From contig OZ245780.1 of the NCBI GenBank assembly GCA_965227905.1, positions 1 through 40,000 of the forward strand: a stretch of 40,000 bases of DNA. The letters are read 5' to 3'. The translations under genes were made by a program, and so were the position numbers. This DNA comes from Methyloligellaceae bacterium (GTDB taxonomy: Bacteria > Pseudomonadota > Alphaproteobacteria > Rhizobiales > Methyloligellaceae). Position 1 is the stretch's first letter. Each line of letters begins with the position of its first letter. This document shows, piece by piece, positions 27,021 to 33,968 of this stretch. The notes under the pieces were generated by a model. The model had not been told where the DNA came from, searched no databases, and was given only the letters and a program-made list of their open reading frames with translations.

Positions 27021-28736
27021 TTAGCAATTCGACGCCTTACCTCTGACCAGCGTAAAAAGCTTCCAAGTGTTGTGTGTCCCACGACGCTTGTTTCGATTCG
27101 ATCCGCGGAAAATCAATACGTCGATCCCCGATTTCTTGCAGACTGGGCAAGGGCAATGTTCCCACGGCCGATCTTTGAGAGTGCGCTCATAGCGGGCAGC
27201 GACTTTAGATGGATCCTCGCTAGAACGATCGAGCTTGCTGTCATACTCAATGACTGCAGACAGGGTCGCTCTCAAAGACACTCGGCGTTTCCCATAACCA
27301 TGAAGCGCATCAAGCGCCGCCGCCTCCAGGGCTGCAAGTTTGCAGAGATCGTGCCCCGCCTCTAGAAGGGTATTTCGGGTGCGACCGTCAGAAGTCATCG
27401 GAACGCGGATCGCCGCATACCATGCCCCATTATCTGCGAGATAGTTTTGCTCAGACCGAAGCCATGCTTTGCGGAAATATGTGGCGCTGTCGAAGCTTGT
27501 AACGCCAAGGCTGCGAAACTGTGCCTGTAGCTTTGGCCGAAACACGCCGAAAAGGTGAACGTCGGGTGGGTTCCTGCGTTGCTTTAGCGACGCCATCGTT
27601 GATGAAACGATATCAAAGACGACATCATCGGGAAGCGGGACTAATCCCCCAAGTGCTATGCGTTTATACCCCATAGCGGCATAGAGGTTGGCGTTCTCGA
27701 CATATTGGTCTGTGTTGAGCCCTTGCACCGTTCCGACTGGAACGAAACCCGCCTTGCGACGCTTAGCAGCCGCTAAGAACGCGGCAGCATTTTCTACGGT
27801 GATCTCTATTCGCCGCTGCCGTTCCTGTTTCGACAGCTGCACCTTCTCGTTACCCACGCGAATTGCTGGCACCGGAATGTGGTCAACACTCGCGCCGAAA
27901 TCAAAATTATAGAGATCGTAGAGGCTAGTGGCGTAATCGACGCTAATTGGCGGCTTTTCCTCGTCAACATAGGAGAAGGCGCCACAATCACCGAAGAGAG
28001 CCTGTGTTCGATTGAGCCCGTAGTGAGCTCTGAGGTCGATCGGCCGCATGGTTCGCGCTTCCAGCCCACCGACATATTTTAGCGGTCCTTTAGCTTCGCG
28101 CTTCTGAGCCAGACTGACAAGAATTCCATCGGCAATTTTGTAGGGGCGCATTAGGCGCGCGCAGTGGATGTCTGTTCGTTCGGATTTGGGTCCGGAAAAC
28201 TGATCCGCCACAAAGTCGAATTCAGGATCAATCAGATCATCCCAATCCGGCAGAAAATACTGAAGCCGCCCTTTCGGCTGACTGTTGAAGGCTTGCCGTT
28301 CTGAAGCATTGCTCGACCGGAGATAAGAACCAAGTTGCTGGCGCTTGATACCGATTGGCCCCTTGAAGAGATCCACTTTGCCGGATTGCTCGAGGTATGT
28401 TGTTGGCAGGGCCGCAAGGTAGTCTTTTCCCAGACAAAGATTAATCCGATCATAGGAGTTAAGCCATGACGCCGCTTCCACGCTGATTTCAGGCGCGAGT
28501 TCGCTGGCCCGCTCTGCCGTCATCCGCCTATCATAGTCGGCGATGTCGGTAAGCGCGCCGATCATCCCATATTGGGCGGAGAGCACAGCAACATCGAGAT
28601 CTTTTGGCCAATAATGTGTGCGAAGGCGCGAGCGAAAATCCTGGTAGAGCGGGCCGTCATACCGATGAACGGCTGGCGTTTCCCCTGCTGTTTTTGTCTT
28701 GCGGCTTGAGCAGCCGAGCACCAGTAGTTCCGACAT
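27021..28736 (-). CDS. fusion protein: N-terminal uncharacterised domain (~190 aa) + C-terminal tRNA-guanine-transglycosylase-like (DpdA-like) domain
   Basis: The C-terminal ~370 aa carry TGT/DpdA-like landmarks: LFGDCGAFSY, FGASVDHIP, RIALGGLVP and VTSFDSATY. A terminal Zn motif is also present, CPCPVCKK...GTHN (CxCxxC...H). The N-terminal part (LLVLGCSSRKTKTAGETPAVHRYDGPLYQ...VLSAQYGMIG...ADYDRRMT) was not placed in a named family. The RBS GAGGTG lies 7 nt upstream of the ATG at 28736. Confidence 0.7.
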   Translation of the reverse strand: MSELLVLGCSSRKTKTAGETPAVHRYDGPLYQDFRSRLRTHYWPKDLDVAVLSAQYGMIGALTDIADYDRRMTAERASELAPEISVEAASWLNSYDRINLCLGKDYLAALPTTYLEQSGKVDLFKGPIGIKRQQLGSYLRSSNASERQAFNSQPKGRLQYFLPDWDDLIDPEFDFVADQFSGPKSERTDIHCARLMRPYKIADGILVSLAQKREAKGPLKYVGGLEARTMRPIDLRAHYGLNRTQALFGDCGAFSYVDEEKPPISVDYATSLYDLYNFDFGASVDHIPVPAIRVGNEKVQLSKQERQRRIEITVENAAAFLAAAKRRKAGFVPVGTVQGLNTDQYVENANLYAAMGYKRIALGGLVPLPDDVVFDIVSSTMASLKQRRNPPDVHLFGVFRPKLQAQFRSLGVTSFDSATYFRKAWLRSEQNYLADNGAWYAAIRVPMTSDGRTRNTLLEAGHDLCKLAALEAAALDALHGYGKRRVSLRATLSAVIEYDSKLDRSSEDPSKVAARYERTLKDRPWEHCPCPVCKKSGIDVLIFRGSNRNKRRGTHNTWKLFTLVRGKASNC

Positions 28737-28842
28737 TCAAACACCTCAACATGCAAGTAACGAGAATATATATGATGCAATCTCCTTTTACGAGATCCGA
28801 TCTGCACTACATTAAAACTTTCTGCTAAATGTACGCGCTACT

Positions 28843-29067
28843 TCAGATTGTCGCAGGTACAAATATTCCAACCTCTGATTCGCCGTGCAAACTATTGTCG
28901 TCACCCCAAATGAGCTGCGAACCGAAACATATGCCCGCGATCTGATTTTTGGTTCTGCAGACCACATTGGGCTCAAAACAGCAATCGGGATGAGCCAACA
29001 GCAGGATTCCATGCTGGAAAAATGAAAGATGGCTGTCAAAGCCATAGCGATAGCCAAGGCGCAGCAT
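28843..29067 (-). CDS. hypothetical small protein or 5'-truncated gene remnant
   Basis: The ORF-track version (28843..29418) would overlap the opposite-strand MobC-like gene by >160 nt. It also has no in-frame ATG/GTG/TTG between 29364 and 29067. The only non-overlapping start is the ATG at 29067 (MLRLGYRYGFDSHLSFFQHGILLLAHPDCCFEPNVV...). No family was recognised and there is no clear RBS. Confidence 0.2.
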   Translation of the reverse strand: MLRLGYRYGFDSHLSFFQHGILLLAHPDCCFEPNVVCRTKNQIAGICFGSQLIWGDDNSLHGESEVGIFVPATI

Positions 29068-29228
29068 TTGATTCCGGATGGATACGGCAGCCGCTAGGAC
29101 TCTATTGATCCGAATTGGCGCGCCCGGGAGGAGAAAGTTCGAACGAGATTTTTGACACTCTTGAACAATGGAATAAGCAGTTAAAGGCTGAAAGTATCCA
29201 AATCGAACAGCGCTCCAAGCAAGTTCGT

Positions 29229-29248
29229 GGACCGCACCGCAGCGGTCC
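29229..29248. promoter_or_regulatory. perfect 7-bp inverted repeat immediately upstream of the mobC-like gene (candidate oriT arm or operator)
   Basis: GGACCGC (29229-29235), loop accgca, GCGGTCC (29242-29248), ending 6 nt before the ATG at 29255. MOBQ-type oriTs usually lie next to the mob genes and contain such a repeat, but no nic consensus was recognised. Confidence 0.25.
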
Positions 29249-29254
29249 GTCGAT

Positions 29255-29686
29255 ATGAGTTCTCCCTCGGATTCGGGGGAGCTAAAAGAACAATTCGAAG
29301 CAGCAAACGGCAGCGCAAAACGGTTAAAACGCCGGAAGCGTCCCCCACCACTATCGATCCGCATTTCCGATGAGGAGCGCGCGCAGCTCAAGAAAGACGC
29401 TAAGGGCGGATCGCTCAATGCCTATGTACGTGAACGTTTGTTCAAGAGTCGTGCAAAGCCCAAACTCCCTGTCAAACAACAACAGGCGCTTGTGCGTGCG
29501 TTGAGCCGATTGGGCAAGAGTGGAATTACCCGATTCCTTGAAAACCTGAAGCGTGCCCATGAGGACGGGCGCATTACTTTGTCCGACTTCGGCCTTGGGC
29601 AGCTTGAGAGTATCCTCACGGACTGTGAGGCCGTTCGCCATGATTTGATTGTCGCTCTTGGCGTTGATCCAGCAGACGACGCATGA
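29255..29686 (+). CDS. MobC-like relaxosome accessory protein (ribbon-helix-helix)
   Basis: 143 aa. RKRPPPLSIRISDEERAQLKKDAKGGSLNAYVRERLF is an RHH/MobC-type N-terminal segment. The stop overlaps the relaxase start by 4 nt (ATGA). Confidence 0.6.
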   Translation: MSSPSDSGELKEQFEAANGSAKRLKRRKRPPPLSIRISDEERAQLKKDAKGGSLNAYVRERLFKSRAKPKLPVKQQQALVRALSRLGKSGITRFLENLKRAHEDGRITLSDFGLGQLESILTDCEAVRHDLIVALGVDPADDA

Positions 29687-30987
29687 TTTTGGTCGGCAAC
29701 CAGCGTGGCGGCGGCAAAGACTTGGCGGCTCATTTGATGAAGTCGGAAAACGAAAACGTGGAGGTCTATGACATTCGCGGCTTTGTCGGAAACACGTTGC
29801 GCGCAGCTTTCCAAGAATCCTATGCCATGAGCAAAGGAACCCAGAGGTGCAAGCAGCATTTGTTCTCGCTCAGTTTGTCGCCCCCGATTGACGCCGAAGT
29901 GAGCGTCAATCATTTCCTCTCCGCCATAGAACGCGCTGAGAAACGCCTTGGTCTGTCAGGGCAGCCAAGGGCTATCGTATTTCATGAGAAATTTGGAGAG
30001 GACGGCAGGCTTCGCCGCCATGCCCATTCAGTGTGGTGCAGGATCAATACCGATGAAATGAAATCTGTTCATCTGCCTTTCACCAAAAGAATACTGATGG
30101 ATTTGACGCGCGAGCTTTTCATCGAGCACGGCTGGAAAATGCCGCGCGGATTGTTGAACAAGCAAGACCGCAGTCCGCTCAACTTCACGCTTGCGGAATG
30201 GCAGCAGGCTAAACGTGCCGGGAAAAAACCTCGGGAAGTAAAGCGCATCTTTCAGGACGCATGGGCGTTGTCGGACTCAAAGACCTCCTTCGCCGCCGCC
30301 CTCAAAGAGCAAGGCTATATTTTGGCGCAAGGAGACAGGCGCGGCTTTGTCGCCGTGGACTATCAGGGTGAAAAATTTGCTGTTGCACGCGCTGTTGGCA
30401 TCAAGACCAAACAGGTACGTGCGCGCCTTGGAGAACCGGAAGACCTGCCAAGCATTGAGAAGGCGCAAACCGAGGCTGCTGAAATGATGGCAGAGCGGAT
30501 CAAGGCGTTACAAAGCGATCAGGCAAGCACCTATGTGGAGGAGCATGAGCGGCTCAAGGCAGGCCTCGAAAAGCTCAGGAATCGTCATGCGTCTCAACGC
30601 AGGAGGTTGGCTGATCGACAGGCTGCACACAGGGTCTTGGAAAGGGCAACCAACACGTCACGCCTGAGAACAGGCTTGCTTGGCCTTTGGGACCGTCTAA
30701 CCGGAAGACGACGGAAAATCTTACAGCAGATTTACGATGCAGAGGCAGATGCACACAGGCGCGACAAGCGCGAACGGGACGCAATGCTCAGGCAGCAAGC
30801 CGAATTGCTTGACCTTGCGCAAAGACAACAAGAGGCCGCTCAAGGGAGAAATGCCCAAATTCAAACTGAGCTGTCAGCAGATATCGCCTCTATGTTCGAA
30901 AATGCTGCATCGCGCGAAGACAAAAAACCCAAAAGACGAAGGCGTCAGCAAAGGCGCAGAGAGCAACGACGCGATCCCAACCGCTAA
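29683..30987 (+). CDS. relaxase/mobilisation nuclease (MobA/VirD2-family, MOBQ-like)
   Basis: The N-terminal relaxase domain shows MILVGNQRGGGKDLAAHLMK..., ...HLFSLSLSPP... and the His-cluster RRHAHSVWCRI. The C-terminal half is a coiled-coil-like, Arg/Gln-rich region ending in a basic tail, KKPKRRRRQQRRREQRR. Confidence 0.8.
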   Translation: MILVGNQRGGGKDLAAHLMKSENENVEVYDIRGFVGNTLRAAFQESYAMSKGTQRCKQHLFSLSLSPPIDAEVSVNHFLSAIERAEKRLGLSGQPRAIVFHEKFGEDGRLRRHAHSVWCRINTDEMKSVHLPFTKRILMDLTRELFIEHGWKMPRGLLNKQDRSPLNFTLAEWQQAKRAGKKPREVKRIFQDAWALSDSKTSFAAALKEQGYILAQGDRRGFVAVDYQGEKFAVARAVGIKTKQVRARLGEPEDLPSIEKAQTEAAEMMAERIKALQSDQASTYVEEHERLKAGLEKLRNRHASQRRRLADRQAAHRVLERATNTSRLRTGLLGLWDRLTGRRRKILQQIYDAEADAHRRDKRERDAMLRQQAELLDLAQRQQEAAQGRNAQIQTELSADIASMFENAASREDKKPKRRRRQQRRREQRRDPNR

Positions 30988-31057
30988 TTGCGCGCCCGTT
31001 TAGTTGGGCATCGCCTTGCCTTGCGCAAGCTCTTATATTTCGGGATTTCCTGATCTG

Positions 31058-31186
31058 AATGCCTGATTTTTCGGAGCCACCTCCGCCCGGAAACAGGTGG
31101 CTTCGACAAATCCGGCATGGCCTGATTTTTTGGAAAACCTTCAATAAGAAGACCATACCAAGAAGCCCATCCGATGGATCGGATGG
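31058..31186. repeat. cluster of direct and inverted repeats downstream of the relaxase gene
   Basis: GCCTGATTTTT occurs twice (31061-31071 and 31120-31130). The two copies flank the hairpin GCCACCT-ccgcccggaaac-AGGTGGC (31076-31101). A 20-bp palindrome, CCATCCGAT-gg-ATCGGATGG, lies at 31167-31186. Confidence 0.4.
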
Positions 31187-31441
31187 TCAATCATCCCTGC
31201 ATCAGGGGGCGTTACCCGACTGGGCCGAAACCGCCAAACGCGGGTTCGGTGGAGCTTGGTCCGGACGCTGTCCGGGGCTAGCGCAATAGCACCCGCCCGG
31301 ATGCCATTCATTGCACCCCAAGAAATCTCACTTTGAAGGCAAGCGATGAAGTAGGAGATACCCTCGATGTTTATTCTAGCCATGCTTGGGCTGGCATAGG
31401 TTACATTTGGTCCGTTCGTTGAAGCGGTTTTGGAAATTGTG

Positions 31442-32554
31442 ATGGCAAAGGTAGAAAATGTTTACGCAGGCTTGTTGATCCAATCGGATCGAATACGGCT
31501 CACTTTTGGGTCTGTCAGCTCAGATTCATCGCCCGCACCGGAAGTTGGCCCACGATACGTTGAAGCAGCGTATGGTGGGAACTATGACGCAGAGGCAAAA
31601 TTGACAAAGACAAATCGAGACAAACTGCTTGCCGATTTCGGTGAACGTATTTGCCAGTTTCCGCATGACGTAACAGGAGTTGGTGTCGCGTGCTACGGGC
31701 CGATTATCTCGGTTAGCTTGGAAGACAAGATGCGAGCGAAACGAGGCTACGGGAGAATTTCCGACAAGTCGTCTCACCGCACGCTGGCGGGGTTCGATGT
31801 TTATACCGTGCTAACGGAGGCGTTAGAAGATCATAGACGACGGTTACCAATCGTCATCCAGACGGATGTCAGTTGCGGTGCCGTTCACCAGGCACATATG
31901 CGATCGTTTCGCGGGTTTGGTTTAGAAGGCAATTACCGACGCCATAGATTGCGTGACGTCCTTGCATTCGTCCATCTCGCGGAAGGCGTGGGCGGCAGTT
32001 TCGTCCAGGGCTTCGAACCCTGGATTGGCGCTCTTCATTGCGAGATGGGTTATGTAGCAGCTCAGCCAATTGCTGCAGATTCGTGGGGTAAGAAGATATA
32101 CCCGAAAAGACGGATGAACCAATCACCGGTTTTCATCGAGAGACTTGTTTCGATTTCAAGCGTGCTAGGGCGCAGTGGAGCTAAGACACTTGCAGCCGTG
32201 CCGGTCGAAGATTGGGAATACACATCATCCTATATTGCGCAGCTGTGCTCTGCCATTACGACCATGATCGGACCGCACCAGATCATACTTGGAGGCAGGC
32301 TAGTCGATGAAGCGCGCGATGAAGATGGTTCACCTCTCGACATTGTGGAAATGGTGAAGGAGAGATTTTCGATGTGGTTGGATGCTGGTGAAGGCAAAGG
32401 CAGCTACATTTATTACGGACCGCTGGAAGAAATCGAGAGCTACATTGATGGAATCAGAGGTGTAGACGGTGAGAGCGATCGCGCAGCAAGAAGCATGATG
32501 GCAGGTGCCATCCTGGTTGCGAGCCGCTCCTGTGAGTTAGATGCCCAGACCTAA
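31442..32554 (+). CDS. ROK-family / ASKHA-fold kinase-like protein
   Basis: GVGVACYGPI, IQTDVSCGAV, LAEGVGGSFVQGFEPWIGALHCEMGYV and GPHQIILGGRL parallel the ROK signature blocks (GiGi.GpvD, ndan.aa, G.GiGgg...G...G..G.aGEiGH, P..ivlGGg). The ROK Cys/Zn motif was not seen. The ATG at 31442 is preferred, since the ORF-track start at 31430 is TTG. Confidence 0.55.
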   Translation: MAKVENVYAGLLIQSDRIRLTFGSVSSDSSPAPEVGPRYVEAAYGGNYDAEAKLTKTNRDKLLADFGERICQFPHDVTGVGVACYGPIISVSLEDKMRAKRGYGRISDKSSHRTLAGFDVYTVLTEALEDHRRRLPIVIQTDVSCGAVHQAHMRSFRGFGLEGNYRRHRLRDVLAFVHLAEGVGGSFVQGFEPWIGALHCEMGYVAAQPIAADSWGKKIYPKRRMNQSPVFIERLVSISSVLGRSGAKTLAAVPVEDWEYTSSYIAQLCSAITTMIGPHQIILGGRLVDEARDEDGSPLDIVEMVKERFSMWLDAGEGKGSYIYYGPLEEIESYIDGIRGVDGESDRAARSMMAGAILVASRSCELDAQT

Positions 32555-33575
32555 ACCAACGACGAATGGAAACACTGAGGCACCATCAAATCGGCGCATG
32601 GTAGAGTCTCAAAATCGATCCCCCCTCGTCCGTGCGCCTGGTACCTCACATCCTGTTAAAGCGGAAGTGGACCCTCCCGGCGACGATCGGCTTGAAGAAG
32701 ACATTATCGAATCCCTCAAAGATGCTGTTCAGTTTGCTATAGGCAGGGAGCGTGCAGAAGAGTTTGCTGCCATGGAATTTTTTGGCCGCAGCCTATCACA
32801 TCAACGAAATTCTCTTTGCCTGAATCGTGCCCTTCGTCTAGGCAGCCACCATAGAGCAGATGCAATCATAGAACGCCTGCTGGATGCTGGTCTTGTGCAA
32901 CAACCGACATCTAGTGACCACCCTCAAATAAACATTTCAGGATTCGATAACTGGCATTCAGAGTATTTTTCCAAATTATCACGCGATGAAATTCTTTATT
33001 TGAAATTATTCCATCATTTATATTATTATTATATTAAATATAAAAAATATTTAGAGGAGTCATTGAGGGATCGAATTATTGCAGTATTGGATGAGCTTGG
33101 CACGGATGACCAGCTTCAGGTGGCGTTTGAGGCAGTAACGGCTGTTCGGGACAGCCAGTCATATGCAATATTGGGATGCGCCGACCCGGACGGCATTAAC
33201 TGGTCTAGGGTTCCCCAAGTACCTCTGCCCGATAAGGCCCCCGAACATTACCGGGGGCATCGTGTTGATGGGGACATCATCGCCTTTTTGAATCGCGTCT
33301 ATGGCCCGGCGGGTCCGGATCACCCCACGCGCCCCAATCATCCGGGCTGGCTTGATGGTAAGAGCATGGGGCGAGAAGACTTAGCCCGCCTCGATCCGAA
33401 GGGGCGAAAGCGACTTAAGACGGTCGAGGGCAAGTCGGGTCGCATTCCTGATGACATCCTCAACCTGCCAGACTATGTCACAATTCAAGACCGTCGAGAC
33501 GAACCGGCTGAGAGAGAGCGTAGGGCCACCATTCGCAAAGCCCGAGCGTATCAACGCAGCATGGCTAAGGACTGA
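32541..33575 (+). CDS. hypothetical protein (344 aa) containing an extremely AT-rich, Tyr/Lys-rich internal segment
   Basis: ATG start that overlaps the ROK-like gene by 14 nt. The 344-codon frame is uninterrupted and no family was recognised. The central segment reads LYLKLFHHLYYYYIKYKKYLEE. Confidence 0.5.
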   Translation: MPRPKPTTNGNTEAPSNRRMVESQNRSPLVRAPGTSHPVKAEVDPPGDDRLEEDIIESLKDAVQFAIGRERAEEFAAMEFFGRSLSHQRNSLCLNRALRLGSHHRADAIIERLLDAGLVQQPTSSDHPQINISGFDNWHSEYFSKLSRDEILYLKLFHHLYYYYIKYKKYLEESLRDRIIAVLDELGTDDQLQVAFEAVTAVRDSQSYAILGCADPDGINWSRVPQVPLPDKAPEHYRGHRVDGDIIAFLNRVYGPAGPDHPTRPNHPGWLDGKSMGREDLARLDPKGRKRLKTVEGKSGRIPDDILNLPDYVTIQDRRDEPAERERRATIRKARAYQRSMAKD

Positions 33576-33748
33576 ACTCGACACTGGTGTACCGTTGACA
33601 ATTTTTTCGTATGAGCTAACTTCTCAGAAGCGCGGGGCGAGCCTGCGCAACCATCAGTAGTTTGAGCATACCCAACATGGAGCATCGGCCCGAAAAGGCC
33701 TCGGCCATGAACGCATAAGGTGTGCCTTGAAGAGGAATCCCGAGCGTC

Positions 33749-33958
33749 ATGAAACCCGCAACTCTGTCAGAGACCAGTGCTCGCGCCGTCGAAATCATCG
33801 ACGAGAGCGATCCAGCCAAACCGTACGCCGATATTCACGTCGGCAGCGAGAGTTGGATTCCGCGCGTTTGCGAAACGCTCATCATCGCGTGGGCGTACAA
33901 GACGAACTGCAGCTGCTGCACCCCAGTGCCTGCCCGAACCGAAGACCTGAGCACATAG
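33749..33958 (+). CDS. possible small ORF (69 aa) with Cys-rich C-terminus; very uncertain
   Basis: ATG ORF in the 388-nt gap upstream of the PLP-enzyme gene, ending 10 nt before that gene's ATG. Its C-terminus reads ...AYKTNCSCCTPVPARTEDLST. The RBS is weak or distant (GAGGA ~12 nt upstream), and competing ORFs exist in other frames. Confidence 0.2.
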   Translation: MKPATLSETSARAVEIIDESDPAKPYADIHVGSESWIPRVCETLIIAWAYKTNCSCCTPVPARTEDLST

Positions 33959-33968
33959 GGGTGTGAGC

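Noticed and set aside
28843-29418. Full-length 191-aa minus-strand ORF
   Set aside because: Its N-terminal ~55 codons lie antisense to the MobC-like gene and read as Ser/Arg/Phe-rich low-complexity sequence. Only the C-terminal 74 codons are free of overlap, so it is kept only as a low-confidence short ORF or remnant.
31059-31383. ORFs 31059..31289 (+) and 31141..31383 (-) in the spacer after the relaxase gene
   Set aside because: They overlap each other on opposite strands and overlap the repeat/palindrome cluster. Neither has an RBS or a family resemblance. The region is more plausibly regulatory or oriT-like.
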